Position numbers and translations under genes: made by a program. Positions 1-8,824 of a DNA stretch of 61,753 bases are shown here, piece by piece (positions within the stretch are counted from its first letter, which is position 1; each line of letters starts with the position of its first letter). Origin of the DNA: a virus (Duplodnaviria > Caudoviricetes); the IMG/VR virus record IMGVR_UViG_3300033233_000040, positions 1-61,753 of that record, one strand, 5' to 3'. The notes beneath the pieces are model-generated. The model saw only the letters and a list, made by a program, of their open reading frames with translations, was not told the DNA's origin and did no database searches.

Positions 1-127
1 CTCGCCGACTCCTTCATGGACAAAGGGTTTCTTCATACGCTTCGCAGTCGGTCGCCCGAGTTTTTCAAGAAATTAATTTCCGCATTTATCGAGACCTACT
101 CAAGAATAATTCGCGCCTTTCGCGGTA
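1..127. repeat. 127-bp terminal direct repeat (copy 1); circular assembly overlap
   Basis: 1-127 is identical to 61627-61753 and lies inside a reading frame; 127 is a common assembler k-mer size. Confidence 0.95.
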
Positions 128-3100
128 AGTTTAAGGGGAGAACGCAGCCCGAGTGGTTCAAGAGTGTTGTTGCTATGAGGGACCGGATGGCGCGACTGAT
201 CCGCGATATTTATGTATCCGAGCATCAACAGGCGTCGGAGTCGGCGAGTAGAAAAATTATTGATGCCTTTATAGACGCCGTTAACAAGGACATGAAAGAT
301 AAGGGCGTCGTACCATCCCATGAGGGCGGCCCTGCCGAGGGTGCCTTAAAACCAGGGGAAGCGCAGTTTGCGCGCAACCCGAACCAGGTGGACATCTTTG
401 ACAAGACGCTGCCGGGCGACCTTTTTCAGGCAAAAGAAAGCGCGGGGAAAAGCAGGCCGGTAACAGAGAAGCTCGCGGTTCCCCCGGCCCCACCGGTTCC
501 CTCGGTACGCGCTGAGAGGGTTACTCGGGAACCGGCGCAGCCAAGCGGCATTACGGATTTCGGGGCGAAGATCGGGGGGGCGAAGAAAGACCTTTGGAAA
601 CAGCGCGGCCTGCAGGCAAGCGACATGACTTCCATGACGCAGCAGGAGAAGGAATCTTACGCCACCAAGGCCAATGTCTGGCCGGCAGCGGATTATGAGA
701 AAATGGTCGCGGATGGAATGCGGCCCGAGATTGCCTACCTGGTGAAGAAAGCCAAGGATGCAATTTCTCTTAAACCCGAGATTCCCCGGAACGTTCCGGT
801 TGAAGAGCGCCCCGCGAAATTAGAGCGGTACGTTACCGTGGTTTCCCGCCTTAAAGGCTACCTGGAAAGGGTGCGTTCCCTGGAGGACATCCGGGGCGTA
901 CAGCGCGAGGTTTTCCCGTCCGAGGGGTATCACTATACCAAACAGGCAAACGACGACGTATTGCTTCTTGGCGGGCGCGCGCTCTCAAAGGCGCTGCAGG
1001 CAGGACCCTATGAAATGGTCCGGGCCGAACGCTTTATCAAAGAGACCGGTTTCCCGGCCAAACAAGAAGCGTGGGAAAAACGCTTTGACATCCGCGAGAG
1101 CCCGGCAGGAATGACCATTTACGACAAGGGGCAGGAGCGCACCCTCACCGAGGGTGAATATTTTGTGACTAAAAAGGGCAGCCGATCAATTTTGTCTGAC
1201 GGGTTTAAGACCCGGGAAGAGGCTGTTGCCTGGGCGCGCGAGAAGGCCACGGTTGAGCGTGGAGAGCAGATTAACCGCCCCTTCCGGGAAAACATCACGC
1301 GGACCGGCGAAAACTACCGCAAGGGTGCCAACATTGAAGGCAAGGATTTGATGTCGCAGTTCGGGTTCCGTGGCGGCGAGTTCGGCAATTGGACCAATGC
1401 CGGGGACCGCCAGCAGAGCCTTAACGAGGCCTACGATGGCCTGAAGGACATGGCCGATGTTCTGGGCATCCCGGACAAGGCGGTCTCTCTTAACGGCGAA
1501 CTCGGCATTGCCTTTGGCGCGCGCGGATCCGGCAAGGCCCTTGCCCATTACGAACCATCCCGGATTGTCATAAATCTCACCAAGACCGGTGGTGCCGGCA
1601 GCCTGGCCCATGAGTGGGCGCACGCCATGGACGATTATTTCGGGCGCATGGCAAGCGGCGGACTCCCGGGACAATACCTTTCCGGCAGCGGCAAAATAGG
1701 CAAGGTCCGCCCGGAGATGGTCGAGGCCTATAAGAACGTGATGCGCACCATAGCCGAGAAGGCGGCCACGAAAGACGAGACCATCGCCCACGCAAAAACC
1801 CGATCCGTACAGTACGGAAAATATCTGAACAGTTGGCTTGAACCCATTCTTGAAAAAGGGACCCCCGACGAATACACGAACGACGTTATTTCAATGCTCC
1901 GGGACGAGAAGCCGAAGATGTTGAGCGGCGTTCGCGTTACCGCGGAAGAACTCTCCACGGCGCTCAAAAACCACCTGAAGGACAAATTTAATTACCGGGC
2001 CGAACCTGAACGGTTCAAGCAGATCGGCTGGAATGCTGACGCGGTTGAAAGGGCCAACGTCCAGATGGCCAAAGCAGAGGCCGGGGAGTTTTTGCTTTCC
2101 AACCAACCGACGAAGCTGATGAGGGGCTCGCTGCTGACGGACAAGGGCAAGGCCAAGGCGTATTGGTCCACCCCGCACGAACTCTTTGCCAGGGCCTTTG
2201 AAAGTTATGTTGAAGATCGCCTCAAAGACCAGGGGCAACAAAGCGATTACCTGGTCCATTCAACGGACGTGGGCGAGACCGAGGGATGGGGATCGGTTTA
2301 TCCGCATGGTGAAGAGCGGGTGGCGATCGGCAAGGCATTTGATAAGTTCTTCGAAACCCTGCAGAGTAAGGAGACGGACAAGGGCGTCGCGATGTTCTCG
2401 CGTTCGCAGGAGCCCGCCCCTACTTTCTATTCGGCCCTCGCCCGGTCCATCGAGAACGCCCCGGCGAAGCTGGACAATCTGACCGGCGCGCAGTGGAAAG
2501 GATGGCTCGACAGCAATGCGCCGAAGCTCGGCGTGAAAGCGGATGAAATCGAATGGTCGGGGATTAAGGATTATCTGGCCCTTAAAGGCAAAGAGAAGAT
2601 CACCAAGGCGGATGTTTCCAATTACCTGGCCCAGAACGGCGTGAAGGTACAGGAAGTGGAAAAAGGGCACGTTCTCAAGCAGTGGACAAAGGAGGGGAAC
2701 GCCCTAGTATCGGATGACGGCTATCGGATAACCCCGTTCGGAGAAAAGTCCGCGCAATTAATTTTCCCTGACAAATCGGACGGCGTTTATTCCAGCATGG
2801 ACGAGGCGAAAGAAGTGGCCGAAAGAACGCCGACAGGACCCAAATTTGAAAAGTATCAGCTTCCCGGAGGAGAGAATTACCGCGAGCTGTTATTGACCCT
2901 GCCCACAAAGGAAACGCGAATTCCGAATACGGTTTATCGCAAAAGCCAACCCACGAAAGAGAAGCTGATTCAACACATCGACTTTGACCCTATGATTGTG
3001 GACAGGAAGGGCAATCTTAAAAAGGGCCTGTATTACGGGCAGGACAAAAAAGGCGGGTGGAACGTATTTGAGGATACGATTGTCCGTAATGAACGCTTTC

Positions 3101-6100
3101 AAGCCGGTCATTTTGAAGAGAGCAATGTACTCGCTCATATTCGATTCAACGACCGGACCGATGCCGAAGGAAAAAGGGTGTTGTTCCTTGAAGAACTGCA
3201 GAGTGACTGGGCGCAAAAGGCGCGCAGAGAAGGATTTGTAAAGCCGAGACCAACACTGGAGAGGTTAGAAGAAATTAAGTCACGGCTGATTGAAATACAA
3301 AAGATTGCAAAACCCGCGGCGCACCGAGACAGCGGAGAATATCACGCCTTGGATGTTGAAGAAAGAATGCTACAGGATGAATTTAATGGGCGTGGCGGCG
3401 TCCCTGCTGCCCCGTTTGTTGGCGACACCAAAGCCTGGGTAGGGTTGGCGCTGAAACGCATGATCCGCTACGCCGCGGAGAACGGATACGACAAGGTGGC
3501 GTGGACCACGGGCGCGCAGCAGGTGGATCGCTACGATCTTTCAAAGCAGATCGGTTCAATAATGTGGGCGAAGCTTGCCGATGGAGATTACGGAATAAGC
3601 GCCTTTGGTTTGCGGGGCGCTGATATTCCCGGGTTACGAAACAAGAGAGTTGCCAAGAATGAACTTGCGGATACCATTGGGAAGGACCTGGCGGATAAAA
3701 TCATAAACAGTCCCGACAACAAGGGAGATTTTAAAGGTATTGATCTGAAGGTCGGCGGCGAAGGCATGAACGCTTTCTACGACAACATCGTGCCGCAGGT
3801 GGCCAATGACATTTTGAAAAAGGTTGGCGGCGGCAAAGTTTCCGATACGCCCCTTGCCTTTGAAAATGCCAACTTTGATCAGGGCGATACCGAGGACGGT
3901 GGAATGCCACCCGAAGAAACCGTTCAGACAAAGGGTTTTGAAATCACCCCTGAAATGCGCGAAAAGGTAATGAGTGAAGGACTGCCCATGTTCTCCCGCT
4001 CCCTGGATGACGCCGTTGAACAAACCATCACGGCAAAAGACAAGGTGCCGGCAACGGACGATAATGTTACCATTCCGAAGAGCGTGAATGCCGAGGCCGA
4101 GCGGCGCATGAAAGAAGCCAAGGGAATACAACTGACCCCCTTTTACCAGAAGATCGGCCCGGCGATTACGCGCATGGCGCAGGCGTTTACCCGCCATTAC
4201 CCGAACCTGGGGCCGGAAGATGCCAGGGTGGGCGATATTCTGAGGCAGTTCGAGGCGGTCCCGGAGTACGCGGAAGCCATTTCCATCAACGTGGTACATC
4301 AGATCGTCGGCAACCTGGGACCCCAGAAATACCGCCTGCTCACGCAATCCTTTATCTTGCCCGACCTGCTGAAAGACATCGATCGCGGCTTATTTGAGGG
4401 CAAAGACCAATTGCCGTTCGGGTACAAGGACCGCTCGGAAGTCCAGACCGACTTTGACAACACCATGAAGGCGGTCGCGGAAAACCCGGACGTGTCGGAC
4501 GCCATGCGGCGCAGACAGGAGTTTAACCTTGCGCTGCGCAACGACCTGGTGAAGCACAAACTCCTCCCCGACTCCATCCTCGAAGATGACGCTTATTACC
4601 ATCACCAGGTGCTTGAGAAGATCGCGGAGAAGGAGTTGTTCGGGAGGAAGACATCAGGCGGCGGGGATGCCAAGCTGCGCGCGGCAGGGTTTATGCGCGA
4701 GCGCATGGGTTCCGCGCTGGATTACAATACCGAGTACGTGGAGGCGGAGGGCGAGGTTATTTCCCAGGCGATCGAGAAGCTGGAAACCCTGCGCAAACTG
4801 CGGGAACTGCAGCCGCTTGTGGACATCTCCGAGACCTTGGCCGCGGAGGCCGCGAAAGAACACCGGTCCATGCAGATTCCCGAGGGATACACCGGATGGA
4901 GCCCAAAGCAGAACACCCCGTTCTACGCGGGGAAGACAATCCCAGAGAAGGTCATCGAGCAGCTCGTGAACCGGCAGCTCGACCAGGCGGTAACGGAGAA
5001 CGACATCCGGGAGATTTTGGCGGCCGGAAAAGCCCCGCAGTGGGTTGTTAAGGACGGCGTGGCCCGGACCCTGGATGAGATCAAGGCCCCGTCATCCGGC
5101 AACGTGCTCGACAAGGGGGCGCAGATAATTCAGAGCAAATGGAAACAGTGGGTATTGATCAACCCTGTCCGGATCCTGAAATACAACATCAACAACATGT
5201 CCGGCGACGCCGATATTACCATGGCCTACCATCCGGCCATTTTCAAAGGGTTTCCGCAGGCCGCGGCGGACATGTGGCGCTTCCTCGTGAAGAAGGAGGC
5301 CCCCACCCCCGAGATACTGCACATGATCAAGAAGGGTATTATCGGTTCGGGATGGTCCACGCAGGAAGTGCCGGACATCAGCAAACTCGCCTTTTTCCGT
5401 GCCGTGACCGGCAAAGAAGGTGGAAAACTCAAGCGGTTTACGGTTGGCGCGGTTGGCAAATACTGGGACACAAGCAAAAACCTCACGGAATGGCGCGAGA
5501 GTATTCTGCGGGTGGCCGCGTACCGGTGGTTTAAACAACAGATGGACGCCGGCAACAAGCTTTACGGCGTATCAAAGGCTGACGAAATCAACGCCATCCC
5601 GGACGGTGACGACCGCGCCGCGAAACTCTCCCGTGAGCTGCTCGGTGATTACGGTAACATCAGCGAGGCCGGTGCGTGGATGCGCACCAGGGCGTATCCC
5701 TTCTGGTCATGGGTTGAAATCAACGCACCGCGCTACCTGCGCCTGCTGAAAAACGCCAGGTTGGAAGGTAATTCCGAGGCCGCGGCAGCCGGGAAAGTGG
5801 CCGGGATACTGGCCGGGAAACTGACGAAGAAGGCAGCGTTCAAGATTGCAAAGGTCGCAATCGCCGCGAACGTGCTTTTTGTGATGATTAATCTGTGGAA
5901 CCATGTCTTTCATAAAAAGGAAGAGGAGGAGCTGGGGTCGCAGGGCACGAACCAGATGCACCTTATTCTTGGCCGGAATAAGCAAGGGCAGATTATTACG
6001 CTGCGCCTGCAGGGGGCGCTTTCCGACGTGCTAAATTGGGTTGATCTCCACGACTTTCCCCAGGACATATGGGAACTCGTGAACCATAAGAAAACAGCCA

Positions 6101-6735
6101 AGGACATGGCAAAAGAAGCGGGTATCAGTTTTCTATCGAAGCTGTACGGCGGCATCGGCCCCCAGTATAAGACGCCGGTGGAACTGATCACCAAATCAAA
6201 GGCCTACCCGAGCATCGACAAACTGAGCCCCATCCGCGACCGCATGGAATACCTGATGAGCGTTCTTTCGCTCGACAAACCTTACCGCATGTTGTCCGGA
6301 ACGCCGTCGCGCGGCAACCTGGATGAAGCGGCCAATGTGGCGCTTTACACAACCGATCCCGGGGAAGCGGCCTATTACGACATCAAGGACGCAGCGCGGA
6401 AATTTCTGGAGAAGAAGAGCGACTACGAAGTCCCGGCCGTGAGTCCGTCTGACAAATCGAACGTGCTGTATTTCTACAAGAAAGCCGTGAAGTACGGTGA
6501 CACCAAGGCGGCCCGGAAGTATTGGGACGAGTACAAGGCGCAGGGCGGCACGTATCAGACAATGAACCAGAGTGTAAAGAATATGAATCCACTGTCCGCG
6601 TTCAGCGGGCACAATTTCAAGTACCGCGCTGAATTTGTAAAGCAACTGACTCCCAGAGAGCGCGACGGACTGACGCGCGCCTCGGCGTGGTTTACGAAGT
6701 TGAAAGGTGAGACGAGGGAAGCGACGAAACCATAA
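1..6735 (+). CDS. C-terminal part of giant polyvalent (probably internal virion/ejection) protein; continues from 57754 across the junction
   Basis: ATG at 16 equals 61642, in frame with ATG 57754. Motifs: DFGAKIGGAKKD (LPD5-like); GGEFGNW...LAHEWAHAMD...YWSTPHELFARAFE (LPD1-like); LPGGENYRELLL...FLEELQSDW domain; helical LPD38-like C-terminus. Confidence 0.85.
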   Translation, partial: LADSFMDKGFLHTLRSRSPEFFKKLISAFIETYSRIIRAFRGKFKGRTQPEWFKSVVAMRDRMARLIRDIYVSEHQQASESASRKIIDAFIDAVNKDMKDKGVVPSHEGGPAEGALKPGEAQFARNPNQVDIFDKTLPGDLFQAKESAGKSRPVTEKLAVPPAPPVPSVRAERVTREPAQPSGITDFGAKIGGAKKDLWKQRGLQASDMTSMTQQEKESYATKANVWPAADYEKMVADGMRPEIAYLVKKAKDAISLKPEIPRNVPVEERPAKLERYVTVVSRLKGYLERVRSLEDIRGVQREVFPSEGYHYTKQANDDVLLLGGRALSKALQAGPYEMVRAERFIKETGFPAKQEAWEKRFDIRESPAGMTIYDKGQERTLTEGEYFVTKKGSRSILSDGFKTREEAVAWAREKATVERGEQINRPFRENITRTGENYRKGANIEGKDLMSQFGFRGGEFGNWTNAGDRQQSLNEAYDGLKDMADVLGIPDKAVSLNGELGIAFGARGSGKALAHYEPSRIVINLTKTGGAGSLAHEWAHAMDDYFGRMASGGLPGQYLSGSGKIGKVRPEMVEAYKNVMRTIAEKAATKDETIAHAKTRSVQYGKYLNSWLEPILEKGTPDEYTNDVISMLRDEKPKMLSGVRVTAEELSTALKNHLKDKFNYRAEPERFKQIGWNADAVERANVQMAKAEAGEFLLSNQPTKLMRGSLLTDKGKAKAYWSTPHELFARAFESYVEDRLKDQGQQSDYLVHSTDVGETEGWGSVYPHGEERVAIGKAFDKFFETLQSKETDKGVAMFSRSQEPAPTFYSALARSIENAPAKLDNLTGAQWKGWLDSNAPKLGVKADEIEWSGIKDYLALKGKEKITKADVSNYLAQNGVKVQEVEKGHVLKQWTKEGNALVSDDGYRITPFGEKSAQLIFPDKSDGVYSSMDEAKEVAERTPTGPKFEKYQLPGGENYRELLLTLPTKETRIPNTVYRKSQPTKEKLIQHIDFDPMIVDRKGNLKKGLYYGQDKKGGWNVFEDTIVRNERFQAGHFEESNVLAHIRFNDRTDAEGKRVLFLEELQSDWAQKARREGFVKPRPTLERLEEIKSRLIEIQKIAKPAAHRDSGEYHALDVEERMLQDEFNGRGGVPAAPFVGDTKAWVGLALKRMIRYAAENGYDKVAWTTGAQQVDRYDLSKQIGSIMWAKLADGDYGISAFGLRGADIPGLRNKRVAKNELADTIGKDLADKIINSPDNKGDFKGIDLKVGGEGMNAFYDNIVPQVANDILKKVGGGKVSDTPLAFENANFDQGDTEDGGMPPEETVQTKGFEITPEMREKVMSEGLPMFSRSLDDAVEQTITAKDKVPATDDNVTIPKSVNAEAERRMKEAKGIQLTPFYQKIGPAITRMAQAFTRHYPNLGPEDARVGDILRQFEAVPEYAEAISINVVHQIVGNLGPQKYRLLTQSFILPDLLKDIDRGLFEGKDQLPFGYKDRSEVQTDFDNTMKAVAENPDVSDAMRRRQEFNLALRNDLVKHKLLPDSILEDDAYYHHQVLEKIAEKELFGRKTSGGGDAKLRAAGFMRERMGSALDYNTEYVEAEGEVISQAIEKLETLRKLRELQPLVDISETLAAEAAKEHRSMQIPEGYTGWSPKQNTPFYAGKTIPEKVIEQLVNRQLDQAVTENDIREILAAGKAPQWVVKDGVARTLDEIKAPSSGNVLDKGAQIIQSKWKQWVLINPVRILKYNINNMSGDADITMAYHPAIFKGFPQAAADMWRFLVKKEAPTPEILHMIKKGIIGSGWSTQEVPDISKLAFFRAVTGKEGGKLKRFTVGAVGKYWDTSKNLTEWRESILRVAAYRWFKQQMDAGNKLYGVSKADEINAIPDGDDRAAKLSRELLGDYGNISEAGAWMRTRAYPFWSWVEINAPRYLRLLKNARLEGNSEAAAAGKVAGILAGKLTKKAAFKIAKVAIAANVLFVMINLWNHVFHKKEEEELGSQGTNQMHLILGRNKQGQIITLRLQGALSDVLNWVDLHDFPQDIWELVNHKKTAKDMAKEAGISFLSKLYGGIGPQYKTPVELITKSKAYPSIDKLSPIRDRMEYLMSVLSLDKPYRMLSGTPSRGNLDEAANVALYTTDPGEAAYYDIKDAARKFLEKKSDYEVPAVSPSDKSNVLYFYKKAVKYGDTKAARKYWDEYKAQGGTYQTMNQSVKNMNPLSAFSGHNFKYRAEFVKQLTPRERDGLTRASAWFTKLKGETREATKP

Positions 6736-6792
6736 GCCCCCCAAACCCCCCAAAGGGGGGCTTGAGGAAGGGGAAATTAAGAAGGAGAAAAG

Positions 6793-7287
6793 ATGCCGGA
6801 CATGGTAACAACGGGAGAGACAGCGGGAAAACTGATGGGAAATGGCACCCTGGCGGGCGGCCTCGGGGGGACCTTTGTTTGGTTGGTCAAGGAACTGATC
6901 GCCGTTATCCGTGGGAAGACTTATCCTACCAGACGGGAAGTTAAGAGGGCCATCGAAGAGTCTGAAGCGCGGGTGAAGGAAGCGGCGGGCGCTGCTGCAA
7001 AAGCATTGGAGGAAAAAACAGCGGAGGCGGCAAAGGAGATAAGGGAAAAAGCCGACGAGCAGGACATCAAGATTGGCATTCTGGAGCATCAGAAGGCGTG
7101 TTTGGCTGAACAGAAAGCGGACATGAAGGATTTTCAGGCGAAAATTGTAATGTCCTTTTCCGGCATTCAAGAGACGGTTTCTAAGATGCAGGAGAACCAT
7201 ACGGACAGCTTCAGGAGAATGCATACGCGGATTGATGAAGTGAAGAAGGAAATCATGGACATGGCGAAGGAGTTGGCGAAGAAGTGA
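6793..7287 (+). CDS. Membrane-anchored coiled-coil protein of the lysis module (holin- or i-spanin-like)
   Basis: SD AAGGAG; N-terminal hydrophobic segment then heptad-rich tail; directly upstream of endolysin. Confidence 0.5.
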   Translation: MPDMVTTGETAGKLMGNGTLAGGLGGTFVWLVKELIAVIRGKTYPTRREVKRAIEESEARVKEAAGAAAKALEEKTAEAAKEIREKADEQDIKIGILEHQKACLAEQKADMKDFQAKIVMSFSGIQETVSKMQENHTDSFRRMHTRIDEVKKEIMDMAKELAKK

Positions 7288-7370
7288 CTCACCCCCCTGC
7301 CCGGTCCGCTGCTGCGGCCCGTGGCGTCCCCCCTCTCTACGGGTAGAGAGGGGGGAAGAAAAGGCGAAAG

Positions 7371-7727
7371 ATGGCAAAGATCAAACTGAGCGTTCTGCAG
7401 GATAAGTTTCTGTGGAGCATCGCCAAGTTGATATTCTACGCGCACGAAGCGGGGTATACCGTAACGCTGGGCCGGGGAAAGGTGACGCCGGAAGAGAATG
7501 CGGCGGAAGGGGGAATCCCTGACAGCCTGCACCTCATCGGGCTTGCACAGGACCTTAATTTCTATCTGAACGGCGTTTGGCTGACCCAGACGGAAGATTT
7601 GAGGATATTCGGGGATTGGTGGAAAATGCAGGGGGCGGATTACGCCTGGGGCGGTGATTTTGTTGTGAACGGCAAGGCAAAGCCGGATGGAAACCATTTC
7701 TCTTATGCCTATGGAGGGCACAAATGA
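7371..7727 (+). CDS. Endolysin, M15-family (L-Ala-D-Glu-type) peptidase
   Basis: SLHLIGLAQDL and DGNHFS zinc-binding motifs typical of phage M15 endolysins. Confidence 0.85.
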   Translation: MAKIKLSVLQDKFLWSIAKLIFYAHEAGYTVTLGRGKVTPEENAAEGGIPDSLHLIGLAQDLNFYLNGVWLTQTEDLRIFGDWWKMQGADYAWGGDFVVNGKAKPDGNHFSYAYGGHK

Positions 7728-8284
7728 TCGACAAAAACAAACTCTGTATCGGCGATTACGCGCTGACCTCGGCCATGCACCCTTTCGCCCTGGCGGAACG
7801 CGCGAAGATTGCCGGGTGGCGGCATACGTTCGACCGGAAAATAGCGACCCATGCGGCGATCGTTTATTCGATCGATGGAAGCGAAGACCCGGCCTGCCTG
7901 TTTTTGGCCGAGATGGTGATACCGAGAATCCGCCGCGCTTCGTTTGAGGAGTATGAGCTGAACGGGTGGTTCGCGGGCGGCAAGATTATCATGATCCGGC
8001 GCAATCCGCTTTACGCGAGTCCGGATACCAGAAAGCGTCTCAACGACCGGATCCGCTACGACATCGAGCGCGGGGTGGAATACGACGAGAAGGGGCTGCT
8101 CGAATACATGTGGCCGAAGATTGAGGACCGCCCGGATGAATTCTACTGCTCGGAGTACCTGCGGCACCAGGCGCAGTTGGACGGCGGGGATATCATCCAC
8201 CCGAAGTGGCGCAAGGAAGACGATATCCCGCCGTACGGCGTTCAGACGGCCACGAACTGTGAAACGACATGGTCAAAATTTTAA
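7724..8284 (+). CDS. Permuted papain-like NlpC/P60 (YiiX/YebB-like) protein
   Basis: THAAIV histidine motif precedes YD...FYCSE cysteine motif (permuted order); ATGA overlap with endolysin. Confidence 0.7.
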   Translation: MIDKNKLCIGDYALTSAMHPFALAERAKIAGWRHTFDRKIATHAAIVYSIDGSEDPACLFLAEMVIPRIRRASFEEYELNGWFAGGKIIMIRRNPLYASPDTRKRLNDRIRYDIERGVEYDEKGLLEYMWPKIEDRPDEFYCSEYLRHQAQLDGGDIIHPKWRKEDDIPPYGVQTATNCETTWSKF

Positions 8285-8433
8285 TTGCCGCGGCGCTCTT
8301 CTTATGCGCCTGCACGCCTGATCCCGTGACCATGCGTGCGCGGAAAGAACAGACCATTGGCCGGCAGATTGTCGCGCACCCTGAAAAACGGGATAGTCTG
8401 AAAATGGAACTGGATAAAATCTGGGAGTTTTGA
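8269..8433 (+). CDS. Small lipoprotein (54 aa), possible o-spanin
   Basis: Own translation MVKILIAAALFLCAC-TPDPV...; lipobox-like LCAC; end of lysis module; below the ORF-track size cutoff. Confidence 0.55.
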   Translation: MVKILIAAALFLCACTPDPVTMRARKEQTIGRQIVAHPEKRDSLKMELDKIWEF

Positions 8434-8587
8434 GTCGGGCAAAGAGAAAGGCCGGGGTCCGCGAGGGGGTCTAACCCACTTTAATCGGTCCCCGGCCTTC
8501 ACCGGTTTTGGAGTTGCGCATAGGTCTCCTTAACAAATAAAATAAATTAACGGGTTCCGGATGTCAAGCCAAGTATGACAAAAGCTG

Positions 8588-8812
8588 TCATACCAACGGC
8601 AATACCATCTGTTCGGGTGGGTTCTTTTTCTTGGGATTACAATCATCACATAGAATGGTTTGCCTCCCTTTGCCCGTGCGGAAAAGGCCGTTCTTTCTGA
8701 AGACGTAAAACATTTTACCGCAGCCGCGGCAGGGGAAAGGTTTTATAGCCCCTCCGGAAAAGAGCGCAATTATTTTCCAGACCAGAGACCGTGTTTTAAC
8801 ATACCGTGCCAT
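8588..8812 (-). CDS. Small zinc-finger protein
   Basis: CRGC...CDDC; SD GGAGG upstream. Confidence 0.6.
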   Translation of the reverse strand: MARYVKTRSLVWKIIALFSGGAIKPFPCRGCGKMFYVFRKNGLFRTGKGRQTILCDDCNPKKKNPPEQMVLPLV

Positions 8813-8824
8813 TTGAACCTCCTT

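Noticed and set aside
1-127. Biological terminal repeat of the virion DNA
   Set aside because: It is exactly 127 bp and lies mid-gene, which fits an assembler k-mer overlap of a circular contig better.
6196-7377. Long antisense ORFs (also 9611-10510, 35713-36885, 55308-56429)
   Set aside because: They overlap well-supported genes on the opposite strand, as expected from GC-rich codon bias.
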